Shown: positions 27,553 through 36,579, numbered from the stretch's first letter. The stretch is DNA of 64,000 nucleotides from Bacteroidota bacterium (GCA_023381615.1 JAMCQL010000013.1:3869-67868), one strand, 5' to 3'. Program-made: numbers and translations. Notes: generated from the sequence alone by a model not told the origin.

Positions 27553-27635
27553 TTGATCTCATCGCCGGCTGTCTCTATTGTCACGGCCTAGGCGTCAGTC
27601 ATCACTACAAGCTGGCATCTCATTTCCACTTTTGC

Positions 27636-27911
27636 TTAGACGTCGACTATCCCCTTAATGATCCCTTCAATCATTCTCCTACTCTTGTAACGTTTTATCT
27701 TCCGCTCCGCCGCAAGAGCTTCTGCCTTCGTCCCGTATTCCTTCGTGTAAACCAACTCCCATGGACGGTACCTTGAAGTAAATCCCTTTTCAATAGTGTT
27801 GTGAAACTTCAGCCTGCGAATCGGGTATTCAGATGACCCGGCATAATACCGATCACCAACTTTGGAGTATAATATATAGAGATAATAACTCATCCGTAGA
27901 AAAAAGCCCAC
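27636..27911 (-). CDS. Small GIY-YIG nuclease-superfamily protein
   Basis: The product reads YYLYILYSKVGDRYYAGSSEYPIRRLKFHN...AEALAAERKIKRYKS, which contains GIY/YIG-like motifs plus conserved R and E. The likely true start is ATG 27893, giving 85 aa. The track start (GTG 27911) would run through the upstream terminator hairpin. Confidence 0.8.
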   Translation of the reverse strand: MGFFLRMSYYLYILYSKVGDRYYAGSSEYPIRRLKFHNTIEKGFTSRYRPWELVYTKEYGTKAEALAAERKIKRYKSRRMIEGIIKGIVDV

Positions 27912-27926
27912 CCTTAGTATCGGGCT
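27900..27926 (-). terminator. Rho-independent-type terminator after the tRNA-like element
   Basis: The minus strand reads AGCCC-GATACTAAGGGT-GGGCT followed by TTTTTT, where the T-run is the plus-strand A-run at 27900-27905. It starts 4 nt after the tRNA-like 3' end. Confidence 0.5.
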
Positions 27927-27930
27927 TCTG

Positions 27931-28013
27931 CTCCTCGGGCAGGACTCGAACCTGCATCCCGACAGCGTCGGGATAACACCCGATTGTCCCGATTTTATCG
28001 GGACTACCGAGGA
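27931..28013 (-). ncRNA. tRNA-Asn(GUU)-like element, non-canonical (possible tRNA pseudogene or tRNA mimic)
   Basis: The minus strand reads TCCTCGG TA GTCCCGATAAAATCGGGAC AA TCGGG TGTTAT CCCGA CGCTGTCGGGAT GCAGG TTCGAGT CCTGC CCGAGGA G. The acceptor stem is a perfect 7 bp and the T arm is canonical. It has U1-A72/G73 and a GTT triplet as in bacterial tRNA-Asn. However, the D arm is an 8-bp hairpin lacking G18G19, the anticodon loop is 6 nt, and the variable region is 12 nt. Confidence 0.5.
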
Positions 28014-28336
28014 ATATCAAAAACATACTCACAGAACTCTTCATCCTCAACTCGAACCTGCATCCCGACAGCGTCGGGATAACACCCGATTGTCCCGATT
28101 TTATCGGGACTACCGAGGAATATCAAAAACATACTCACAGAACTCTTCATCCTCAACTCGAACCTGCATCCCGACAGCGTCGGGATAACACCCGATTGTC
28201 CCGATTTTATCTGGACTACCGAGGAATATCAAAAACATACTCACAGAACTCTTCATCCTCAACTCGAACCTGCATCCCGACAGCGTCGGGACAACACCCG
28301 ATTGTCCCGATTTTATCTGGACTACCGAGGAATATT
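27945..28336. repeat. Tandem direct repeat, 106-bp period, about 3.7 copies
   Basis: Unit starts (ctcgaacctgcatcccgac...) fall at 27945, 28051, 28157 and 28263. Copies 1 and 2 are identical, copy 3 has one substitution (28212 G>T), and copy 4 has two (28292 T>C plus the same G>T). Homology ends near 28336. Each unit carries the tRNA-like 5' two-thirds plus a ~30-nt spacer. Confidence 0.95.
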
Positions 28337-28450
28337 AACAGAAAAATGCTACTAAATATATTCGCTGAAAACCATAAAATCAAAGACTTTTTTTAGTTGT
28401 GTTGTCCAGATTCGATCGAAGTACTCATGAGGATCGCAAGGATATGAGCC

Positions 28451-28810
28451 TCACATCTTCAAGAAACCCACAAGTAAGAAAATATGTCCAAGAAGAAAAC
28501 TTACTCCACCAAACGGTGTGATGATTCCAAAGACTGCCGTGCCTGTCAGAGCAAGCACGTACAAACTGAATGAGAAAAGAACCATCCCAATGATGTAAAA
28601 TATTCCAGCAAACCGAAACGTCTTTCCTTTATCGGCAAGAAACGCAACTGCCACGAGCGCAATAGAATGGTACATTTGATATCTTACGCCCGTCTCAAAA
28701 ACACCGAGCATTTCCGCCGACAGATGCCCGCGAAGCGAGTGCGCCCCAAAAGCGCCAAATGCCACTCCGAGGAAAAGCCCGATTGCGCCTGCCGATCCAA
28801 AAACTTTCAT
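28451..28810 (-). CDS. DUF423 family small membrane protein (YgdD/TMEM256-like)
   Basis: The 119-aa product has four TM segments and reads GAFGAHSLRGHLS...FETGVRYQMYHS. Confidence 0.8.
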   Translation of the reverse strand: MKVFGSAGAIGLFLGVAFGAFGAHSLRGHLSAEMLGVFETGVRYQMYHSIALVAVAFLADKGKTFRFAGIFYIIGMVLFSFSLYVLALTGTAVFGIITPFGGVSFLLGHIFLLVGFLKM

Positions 28811-28847
28811 TTACTGCTCTCGGTGCCCGAATATGAAAGAGAACGCT

Positions 28848-29918
28848 TCACTTCTGTGAGATTTCGAGCTGCTGTCCGCGCTCCGCTAGTCTCAACTGTT
28901 CCACAAGTTCATCAAGATTTCCGTCGAGTACGGAATGCAGGTCGTAGATTGTGTAGTTGATTCGATGATCGGTCACTCTGTTCTGAGGAAAATTATACGT
29001 TCGAATCTTATCGCTTCTGTCTCCGCTTCGCACCATAGTCTTTCTCTTTGCCGCAATCTCCGAATCTCTTTGCTGCAGCATGAGGTCGTAAAAACGCGCC
29101 CGGAGAATTTTCATCGCCTTCTGCCGGTTTTTGTATTGACTTCTCTCATCCTGGCACTGTACCACGATGCCGGTTGGAATATGCGTGATCCTTATGGCTG
29201 TTTCAACTTTGTTAACATTCTGCCCGCCGTGTCCGCCCGCCCGGTAAACGTCTATTCTTAAATCATCCAGGTTAATGTCTACTTCAACATCCGCAACTTC
29301 CGGCAGAACGACAACGCTAGCAGCCGACGTGTGAATCCTGCCGCTCGATTCCGTGACCGGCACTCTCTGGACTCTATGCACTCCGCTTTCATATTTCAAA
29401 TCGGCATAGACGTCTTTCCCGCTTACCCCCAAAACTATTTCTTTGAATCCGCCGATTCCCGTTTCATTGAAGTCAAGAGTCTCAACCCGCCAGCCGCGCT
29501 TATCTGCCAACCTTGTATACATTCGGTACAAATCTGCCGCAAACAAAGCCGCCTCTTCCCCTCCTGTGCCCGAACGAATCTCGAGAATCACATCTTTGCT
29601 GTCGTTCGGATCCTTCGGAATCAAAAGAGCCTTCAGGCTTTCTTCTTTCGCCGTGATCTTTCCTTCGAGTTCCAGAGCTTCCTGTTTCGCAAGCTGATGC
29701 ATCTCCTGATCATCAGCGGAATCTGCCAGCTCACGCGCCTCCGACAAATGGCGATCTAAGCTCAAGAGTTCATCATAGGCTCTTACAATAGCAGTAAGGT
29801 CGCTGTGCTCTTTGCTTAATTCCCTGTACTTTTCTTGGTTTGAAATTACTGACGAATCCGAGAGAAGATTTGTAAGTTCCTCGTATCGTGCTTTTATCTT
29901 TTCAATTTTTTCCCGCAT
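28848..29918 (-). CDS. prfA: Peptide chain release factor 1
   Basis: The 356-aa product has the GGQ motif ([25 protein letters not shown]) and the RF1-type tripeptide region RVPVTES. Confidence 0.95.
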   Translation of the reverse strand: MREKIEKIKARYEELTNLLSDSSVISNQEKYRELSKEHSDLTAIVRAYDELLSLDRHLSEARELADSADDQEMHQLAKQEALELEGKITAKEESLKALLIPKDPNDSKDVILEIRSGTGGEEAALFAADLYRMYTRLADKRGWRVETLDFNETGIGGFKEIVLGVSGKDVYADLKYESGVHRVQRVPVTESSGRIHTSAASVVVLPEVADVEVDINLDDLRIDVYRAGGHGGQNVNKVETAIRITHIPTGIVVQCQDERSQYKNRQKAMKILRARFYDLMLQQRDSEIAAKRKTMVRSGDRSDKIRTYNFPQNRVTDHRINYTIYDLHSVLDGNLDELVEQLRLAERGQQLEISQK

Positions 29919-30159
29919 TCCTTACTCTTCTTATGATACCTCGTGCCTGATGTATAAAGTAAATTGAAATTATCAAACTTATCGCCGACCATATTATAGA
30001 AGCGGAAGTAATGACAATTCCGTACGACGGTATTTTTTCCTCTACTGTAGACTCAAATGCGAGTCCGAAAATAATCCACAAGGATCCGATAATTAAATAC
30101 ATCGCCATCATCATCATGATGCTGCTCGTTATTAACATCTTTGCCGGATGAAAGTGCAT
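29902..30159 (-). CDS. Hypothetical small membrane protein (2 TM)
   Basis: The 85-aa ORF has two hydrophobic spans and overlaps the prfA start by 17 bp. I see no recognisable family, so whether it is coding is uncertain. Confidence 0.3.
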   Translation of the reverse strand: MHFHPAKMLITSSIMMMMAMYLIIGSLWIIFGLAFESTVEEKIPSYGIVITSASIIWSAISLIISIYFIHQARGIIRRVRNAGKN

Positions 30160-30272
30160 TCAATTCTCCACAAAACGCGACGTTATTATTCAGCCGGTAA
30201 CAAACCTTCGTGCAGCTTCTGAATTGCTGAACGATAAGTATTTGATTATCTACCAGCTATGTAATAAAGATA

Positions 30273-31796
30273 TTGAAATACGAGGTAAATCAAAAATCGC
30301 GTTTGGTGCTTCACGGCTGCTTGAACTTAGAAAGCACAAGGATTAACTTTTCAAGTAGAGATAAAGCGGCGAGTGATTCTGATGCGCCTACAAAACGGAG
30401 AATTCAAATGAGCACGATGGAAAATATAGATATACAACTTATTAAGAAGTACGACAGGCCCGGACCGCGTTATACGAGCTACCCACCGGCACCGGCTTTC
30501 AGTTCAAGCTTCACCGCGGACGACTTTTTCCAGTCTTTGAAAGAAAACAACACGCCGGAAAATAAAGCTGAGATGTCGCTCTATTTCCACATTCCCTTCT
30601 GTGACACGCTTTGTTATTTTTGCGGCTGCAATATGCTTGTTACGCGAAGCCGTCCCCGAATCGCAGAGTATCTTGACTATCTGAAAAATGAGATGAAGCT
30701 TTCGGCGCCATATTTCAACAAGGCCAGAAAAGTCGGACAGCTTCACTGGGGCGGCGGAACGCCGTCTTATTTGAATCCCGATGAAATCACAATGCTCGCA
30801 AATTCCATAAAAGAACATTTCACTTTCTCGCCTGACATCGAAGCCGGAGTCGAGATCGATCCGCGCGGATTGACATTCGAACACATGTCCGCTTTTCGGG
30901 ACGCAGGATTCAACAGAGTGAGTATGGGAGTTCAGGATTTCGAGCCGAAAGTTCAGGAGGCAGTAAATCGAGTTCAGCCCGAAAAAATTACACGCGACGC
31001 GGTTGAGTGGAGCCGAAAGCTTGGCTTCAAAAGCATAAACCTCGACATGATCTACGGACTTCCCTACCAAACTATCGAATCATTTGAGAACAGTCTCCGC
31101 AAAATCATAGACATCTCACCGGAACGAATTGCGGTATTCAACTTCGCTCATGTGCCGTGGCTGAAGTCGCATCAGAAGTTGATCGACAAAAATGCTTTGC
31201 CGGCTCCTGAAGTCAAACTTGAAATCCTGAAAATGACAATAGAGCTTTTAACGAGTTCCGGTTACGTTTACATCGGGATGGATCACTTCGCGAAGCCCGA
31301 CGACGAGTTGGCAATTGCACAGCACAAGAAGACTCTTTACAGAAACTTCCAAGGGTATTCGACTCACGCGGGAGCAGACCTGTACGCTTTCGGCAACTCC
31401 GCGATAAGCCAGTTCAACAATGTCTATGCGCAAAATTATAAATCGCTTCAGGATTATTACAACGCGCTGAAAGCTAACCACTTCCCGACAGTACTTGGGT
31501 ACAGGATGACCGATGACGACATAATTCGCCAGCGCGTTATAACGAGACTGATGTGCGATATGGAACTCAACAAACGCGATATCGAAAAGAAATTTGGTAT
31601 AGATTTCGACGAATACTTCGCAAATGCTTATCCGAAGTTTGAAGAATTTGTGGAAGATAATTTGCTTGAATTAACGGACGACAAAATTATCATTAAAGGA
31701 ATGGGAAGACTTGTAATACGAAACATCGCGATGGCATTCGACGCTTACCTCGAGAAAATGATGAAAGAGAAACCGATCTTCTCACGAACGGTCTAG
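30273..31796 (+). CDS. hemN: Oxygen-independent coproporphyrinogen III oxidase (radical SAM, HemN)
   Basis: The product reads YDRPGPRYTSYPPA, carries the radical-SAM CxxxCxxC motif (FCDTLCYFCGC), and reads HWGGGTPSYL. The probable true start is ATG 30408 (MSTMENID...), preceded by GGAG. The upstream 45 codons look like a track over-extension. Confidence 0.9.
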   Translation: MKYEVNQKSRLVLHGCLNLESTRINFSSRDKAASDSDAPTKRRIQMSTMENIDIQLIKKYDRPGPRYTSYPPAPAFSSSFTADDFFQSLKENNTPENKAEMSLYFHIPFCDTLCYFCGCNMLVTRSRPRIAEYLDYLKNEMKLSAPYFNKARKVGQLHWGGGTPSYLNPDEITMLANSIKEHFTFSPDIEAGVEIDPRGLTFEHMSAFRDAGFNRVSMGVQDFEPKVQEAVNRVQPEKITRDAVEWSRKLGFKSINLDMIYGLPYQTIESFENSLRKIIDISPERIAVFNFAHVPWLKSHQKLIDKNALPAPEVKLEILKMTIELLTSSGYVYIGMDHFAKPDDELAIAQHKKTLYRNFQGYSTHAGADLYAFGNSAISQFNNVYAQNYKSLQDYYNALKANHFPTVLGYRMTDDDIIRQRVITRLMCDMELNKRDIEKKFGIDFDEYFANAYPKFEEFVEDNLLELTDDKIIIKGMGRLVIRNIAMAFDAYLEKMMKEKPIFSRTV

Positions 31797-31851
31797 TTAA
31801 TTCAAGTAACACTTTTTAGCACACAGAGAGCAGAGCAGTCTGAAACAATAA

Positions 31852-33279
31852 ATGTCGCCAAAGAAAACCAATGCCCGTTTAGAAGGCATCGCCGCAATCA
31901 TGTCCAATGCCGACACGTGCGGCGTAATCGTAGACAAAAACGGGAAAATTCTCGCAAGCACACCCCGTTTCTCGGAAATCAGCGGCAATAAAAAGACCTT
32001 CCGGAATCTGCAAGAAATCTTTAGAGATTTGCCCGATGTTTCTTCGCTCAAGCCGAACGGCGACATAAGACTTGTGCTCAACAATTCCGGCAAAGAAATC
32101 ACAGCTAAAGCCGTTTCAACATTTCAGGAAGATGGGAATCTTGCAATTATTTTTCGTGCTCCTCAGAATGAAAGAATTTTGGAAGAGCGGCTCGAACTAT
32201 TTCACAGCGCCTTTGAACATTCCACCGATGCAATCACCATAACAAAAGTCGACGGAACGATCATCGACGTGAACGACGCATTCACAAAAATCTTTGGATA
32301 CACCCGCGAAGAGGTAATCGGCAAGACAACCGCGCTGGTCAAATCGAAGCATTCAACTCGCGACTTTTACAATCAAATGTGGGAGTCGCTGGACAAGCAC
32401 GACCAGTGGAAGGGCGAGATCATAAATTGCCGAAAGGATGGCATGGAAATTCCCGTTTGGCTTACCATCACGCCGATCTACCTCGACGGGAAAAAGATCG
32501 GTTACATGGGAATCGAATCCGACATCAGCGAGAGGAAAAATCTCGAGCAACAGCTGATCCAGACAGAAAAACTTGCGACCATAGGACAACTTGCTGCGGG
32601 CATCGCACACGAAATCGGCACGCCTCTCAACATAATTTCCGGCAACGCAGAGTACATGCTGCTTGATATGAAGGAGTCGGAGAAAGGCTGTCAAGAGCTT
32701 TTGACCATCATCAGTCAAACAAAGCGCATGACACAATTGATGAGACAACTCCTCGACTTTGCCAGACCGAACATTTTGTCGTTAGAACCCGTAAATGTCA
32801 ACGCCGTTATAAAAGGAGTGCTCGATTTTGTGCGGCTCCAGTTCAAGATGAACGACATCGAAGTCAAGACAAATCTCGAAGAAAACCTCCCGAAAGTTTA
32901 TGGCGATCCAGCTCTGCTCTACCAAGTTTTCTTGAACACAATCGTAAATGCCTTTCAAGCGATGACAAGAGGCGGTGAACTTCGAATTCACACGAGCGCG
33001 GAAAATGACGGCGTCAACAAGGGGAAAATAATTGTTCGAATAAAGGACACGGGCGAAGGAATTCAGCCGGAAAATATAGAAAGAGTCTTCACGCCGTTTT
33101 TCACGACTAAGGAACCGGGAAAAGGAACCGGACTTGGGCTGGCGGTTACGCGAAGGATTGTTCAGGAACACAACGGAACGATCAAGATCGACAGCGAGGT
33201 GGGCAAAGGTACCGCAGTAGTGATTATGTTTAACGCATTCGAGCCACAGAAAAAATCGGAAAGCAAACGGAAGTCGTAA
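31852..33279 (+). CDS. Cytoplasmic PAS-domain sensor histidine kinase
   Basis: The 475-aa product has a PAS region (FEHSTDAITITKVDGTIIDVNDAF...GYTREEVIG), an H-box (AAGIAHEIGTPLN) and an ATPase G-boxes region (DTGEGI...GTGLGLAV). It has no TM segments, and no response regulator gene is adjacent. Confidence 0.85.
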   Translation: MSPKKTNARLEGIAAIMSNADTCGVIVDKNGKILASTPRFSEISGNKKTFRNLQEIFRDLPDVSSLKPNGDIRLVLNNSGKEITAKAVSTFQEDGNLAIIFRAPQNERILEERLELFHSAFEHSTDAITITKVDGTIIDVNDAFTKIFGYTREEVIGKTTALVKSKHSTRDFYNQMWESLDKHDQWKGEIINCRKDGMEIPVWLTITPIYLDGKKIGYMGIESDISERKNLEQQLIQTEKLATIGQLAAGIAHEIGTPLNIISGNAEYMLLDMKESEKGCQELLTIISQTKRMTQLMRQLLDFARPNILSLEPVNVNAVIKGVLDFVRLQFKMNDIEVKTNLEENLPKVYGDPALLYQVFLNTIVNAFQAMTRGGELRIHTSAENDGVNKGKIIVRIKDTGEGIQPENIERVFTPFFTTKEPGKGTGLGLAVTRRIVQEHNGTIKIDSEVGKGTAVVIMFNAFEPQKKSESKRKS

Positions 33280-33355
33280 TTGATTTCGGGCGCAATTCCG
33301 CTTTTATTTTCCAAAGTTTGTATTTGTAGAGAAGCCAAAATAAATTTCGTTACAC

Positions 33356-34231
33356 ATGACGAATGAAAACCCAATTGAAAAGACGATAAGAAATGTCGAG
33401 CTTTTCCTCAAACAGCAGGCTGAATTGTTCGGAGATGAAACATTCCTGCCTGCCGCATCTGCTCAGCTTGACGCGACTCAGGGGAATGCTTCAACACCGG
33501 CTGAAGTGAAAAAGCAGGCTCAGCAAAAAAAAGAAAACGAACAAGAATCGGCGGGATTCTTAGGAACTGATTTGAAACAAAAGCCAAAAACAATAAAAGT
33601 GACTGAGGATCGCGAACTCTTTGAAGGCGCGGTCCCGACAAGGTCGGGATGGAAAATCGATCCGCATTGGTATGAGAGCGAGTCTCTTGAAAGCCTGAAT
33701 TCTAAAGTCTCCGGCTGTTTGAAATGCCCGCTTGGCTCGACGAGAAAAAATTTCGTCTTCGGCGTCGGAAACCCGGACGCAAAATTAGTTTTGATCGGTG
33801 AAGCTCCGGGTGCCGACGAAGACGAACAGGGCGAACCCTTTGTGGGCCGCGCGGGACAGCTCCTCACGAAAATTCTTGCCGCGGTTCAACTCCGCCGCGA
33901 GGACGTTTACATCTGCAACATTCTCAAGTGCCGACCGCCGAACAATCGCGAGCCGCTTCCAACAGAAGTTGAGGCTTGTGAGCCATATTTGAAGAAGCAG
34001 CTCGAGATCATCAAGCCGAAGTTGATCATGTGCCTTGGCAGGATTGCCGGACAGTCGCTTCTGAAAACTAACACTACCTTGTCCGAACTGAGAAACAATA
34101 TTTATGAGTATCAGGGAATCAAGGTGCTCGTAACATATCACCCGGCAGCGCTTTTGCGAAATCCGAATTGGAAAAGACCTGCATGGGAAGACGTGCAAAA
34201 AATGCGCAAATTGTACGACGAACTCCCTTAA
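33356..34231 (+). CDS. Family 4 (Fe-S) uracil-DNA glycosylase with ~110-aa low-complexity N-terminal extension
   Basis: The product reads CLKCPLGSTRKNFVFGVGNPDAKLVLIGEAPGADEDEQGEPFVGRAGQLL and HPAALLRNP. Confidence 0.85.
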   Translation: MTNENPIEKTIRNVELFLKQQAELFGDETFLPAASAQLDATQGNASTPAEVKKQAQQKKENEQESAGFLGTDLKQKPKTIKVTEDRELFEGAVPTRSGWKIDPHWYESESLESLNSKVSGCLKCPLGSTRKNFVFGVGNPDAKLVLIGEAPGADEDEQGEPFVGRAGQLLTKILAAVQLRREDVYICNILKCRPPNNREPLPTEVEACEPYLKKQLEIIKPKLIMCLGRIAGQSLLKTNTTLSELRNNIYEYQGIKVLVTYHPAALLRNPNWKRPAWEDVQKMRKLYDELP

Positions 34232-34252
34232 AAGAAGAGATTAGAGACTGAG

Positions 34253-35725
34253 ATGGCGACAAATTTTGAATCAGGAAGGACGAGAGACTTTTCCGCAGGA
34301 TCCTCCGGAGACAACGCGGCCGAAAATTTATCCGGCGGAAGAATCCCACCGCAGGACAGCGAGGCAGAAAAAGCCGTGCTCGGCGCGATGCTGCTAGACA
34401 AACATGCGGTCGCACCCGCAATAGAACTTTTGCAGTCGGATTATTTTTATTCAATCGCCAACGAAAAAATATTTGCGGCAATGATCGAGCTTTATACGCG
34501 CAACACCGAGATCGATGTGATCACGGTGCGCGAAGAGCTGAGGCGAACGGGCAGTCTCGAAAATATCGGCGGATCGGCATACCTCAATGAACTTGTTTCA
34601 TCGGTGGTATCTTCGGCGAACATCGAGGCTCACGCTCAGATCGTTGCAGAAAAATACATGCTGCGCAGCCTCATTGTTACAATGTCCTCAAGCTTGCAAA
34701 AGTGTTTCGATAATCGTGAGGACGCGTTCGGACTCATCGACGAAGTTGAGCGGGACATCTTCAAGGTCTCCGAAGCCCGCATGAAGAAATCCGTAGTTCC
34801 GCTCCAGCAAGCGATCGTCAAAACGATGGAGGTACTCGAACGGATTCACGGTACAAGGGGCGGCGTAACGGGAGTTGCGACCGGATTTAAAGATTTGGAT
34901 ATGATGACCGGCGGTCTGCAAAAATCGGATATGATTATTATTGCGGCAAGACCGAGTGTCGGAAAAACTGCGTTTGCTTTATCCATCGCGCGGAATGCAG
35001 CGGTAAAGACCGGCGTGCCCACTGCTGTCTACAGCCTCGAAATGTCACAGCAACAGCTTTTGATCCGTCTTCTTGCGGCAGAAGCGCGAGTCGATGCGCA
35101 CGCGCTTCGAACCGGCACACTGCCGGAAGACAAATGGGCACACATTTCAACTCGCATTCACAGGCTTGCTCCGGCCCCCATTTTTATAGATGACACACCG
35201 GCTCTGTCGATTCTCGAACTCCGTGCACGTTCCCGACGATTGAAAACCGAACACGACATCGGTTTGATCGTGGTTGACTACTTGCAGTTAATGCAAGGCC
35301 CGGCAAGAGCGGAAAGCCGTGAAAGAGAAATCTCAATGATCTCGAGAAGCCTGAAAGTTCTCGCCAAGGAACTTGATATTCCTGTTGTCGCACTTTCTCA
35401 GCTCCGGCGATCAGTGGAAGAACGAGGAGACAAGCGTCCGATCCTATCTGACTTAAGAGAGTCAGGGGCGCTTGAACAGGACGCCGACGTTGTAATCTTC
35501 ATTCACAGGCCGGAGTTATACGGAATTGAAAGCTACCCTGACGGCGGGCCAACTGCGGGCGTCGCGGAGGTAATGATCAGCAAACAGAGAAACGGACCGA
35601 CCGGTGAGATTAAGCTGACGTTTATCAAGGAATACGCAAGATTTGAGGACCTGGCAAAATATCCGACGGACTCAAAATACCGCGAAGGCTCTGCCGCCGA
35701 AAGCGATGAGAAAGTGCCGTTCTAA
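34253..35725 (+). CDS. dnaB: Replicative DNA helicase DnaB
   Basis: The 490-aa product reads PPQDSEAEKAVLGAML, has a Walker A motif (ARPSVGKTAF), and reads LIVVDYLQLM and SQLRRSVEER. Confidence 0.95.
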   Translation: MATNFESGRTRDFSAGSSGDNAAENLSGGRIPPQDSEAEKAVLGAMLLDKHAVAPAIELLQSDYFYSIANEKIFAAMIELYTRNTEIDVITVREELRRTGSLENIGGSAYLNELVSSVVSSANIEAHAQIVAEKYMLRSLIVTMSSSLQKCFDNREDAFGLIDEVERDIFKVSEARMKKSVVPLQQAIVKTMEVLERIHGTRGGVTGVATGFKDLDMMTGGLQKSDMIIIAARPSVGKTAFALSIARNAAVKTGVPTAVYSLEMSQQQLLIRLLAAEARVDAHALRTGTLPEDKWAHISTRIHRLAPAPIFIDDTPALSILELRARSRRLKTEHDIGLIVVDYLQLMQGPARAESREREISMISRSLKVLAKELDIPVVALSQLRRSVEERGDKRPILSDLRESGALEQDADVVIFIHRPELYGIESYPDGGPTAGVAEVMISKQRNGPTGEIKLTFIKEYARFEDLAKYPTDSKYREGSAAESDEKVPF

Positions 35726-35837
35726 GATTTTATCCGAGTGAACTACTAATTAGTCTTTTGATGCACTGTTAGAGTTTCAGAAAAGAATCCAGCGTTTCTT
35801 ATCAGTTGTTTTCTCCTCCGCAGGATCCTTCGGACTT

Positions 35838-36521
35838 TTATTCCTGAGTCAGCTCGCGGAGCTTCTTCAGGTTCGTTACAAAAATCTTCTTCGACACTTC
35901 CCTGATAATCTTATCTTCCTTCAATTTTCTGAGTGTACGCGACAGCGTCTCGCTCGCAATTCCAAGGTGACCCGCAAGGTCTTTTTTCGGAATCATCAGA
36001 TTAAAGAACGGTTCCGGCAGCTTCACGGAGTTATTTAGCTGGATTTCATTCAGCAAATACCGCGCTACCCTTCCTTCCACGCTCGACGCAAGCTGGTCGA
36101 TTCGCTGGTTAAGTTCCATCAGCCTTACGGCAAATGCTTCCGACACTCTGATCGCGAGCGCAGGATTTTTTCCCAGCAGCAAGGCAAACTCTGTGCTTGG
36201 CACGTAAAGCAAGGTGGAATCTTCAAGAGCTTGCGCGCAGGAGGTATAAAACCTGGAACCGGAGAACAACGACGACTCCGCGAAACTGCGGAAAGGCGAA
36301 AGTTCATGCAAAACGATCTCGTCCCCGTCACCGTTGAGTTTGTACACTTTCACCCCGCCGCTCAAGACTATGTAAAATCCTACATACGCCTCGCCTTCGA
36401 GAAAAATTATCTGGTTCTTCTTATAGCGCTTTGTCCTGGAAATATCTGTAATGAGCTTAAGCTCGGTGGGAGACAACTTTCCGAAGAGCGGGATGTCGTG
36501 AAGAGTGTGTCTTTTCTCCAT
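35838..36521 (-). CDS. Crp/Fnr family transcriptional regulator
   Basis: The 227-aa product has a cNMP-binding-like N-terminus and a C-terminal HTH (KKDLAGHLGIASETLSRTLRKL). It lacks an N-terminal Cys cluster, so it is not a classical FNR. Confidence 0.85.
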   Translation of the reverse strand: MEKRHTLHDIPLFGKLSPTELKLITDISRTKRYKKNQIIFLEGEAYVGFYIVLSGGVKVYKLNGDGDEIVLHELSPFRSFAESSLFSGSRFYTSCAQALEDSTLLYVPSTEFALLLGKNPALAIRVSEAFAVRLMELNQRIDQLASSVEGRVARYLLNEIQLNNSVKLPEPFFNLMIPKKDLAGHLGIASETLSRTLRKLKEDKIIREVSKKIFVTNLKKLRELTQE

Positions 36522-36579
36522 TGCCTCTAATTCATACTAGATAAACTAAAAACTAATTCATATCAAAACGACAAGAACA

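Noticed and set aside
27945-28336. The regularly spaced repeats could be a CRISPR array.
   Set aside because: The entire 106-bp period is repeated, including the would-be spacers. There are no unique spacers and no cas genes, and the unit contains tRNA-like sequence. It is a plain tandem duplication.
27853-28396. Track ORFs 27853..28050 (-) and 28196..28396 (+) inside the repeat array.
   Set aside because: Both are read-throughs of the tandem repeat. Their peptides are repetitive (…GIQVRV… / …TCIPTASG…), they have no family resemblance, and they overlap the tRNA-like units.
28848-29918. A programmed +1 frameshift, as in release-factor genes.
   Set aside because: The gene is RF1 (PVT motif), not RF2, and it reads as one uninterrupted frame.
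30160-30407. A possible FNR/CRP box upstream of hemN (TTGATTATCTACCA; TTGAAATACGAGGTAAATCAA).
   Set aside because: Only half-sites are present, or the spacing is wrong relative to TTGAT-N4-ATCAA. The nearby Crp/Fnr protein lacks the FNR Cys cluster. The support is insufficient.
34253-35725. An intein or mobile insertion in dnaB.
   Set aside because: At 490 aa it has ordinary length and contiguous helicase motifs, and no intein-like block is present.
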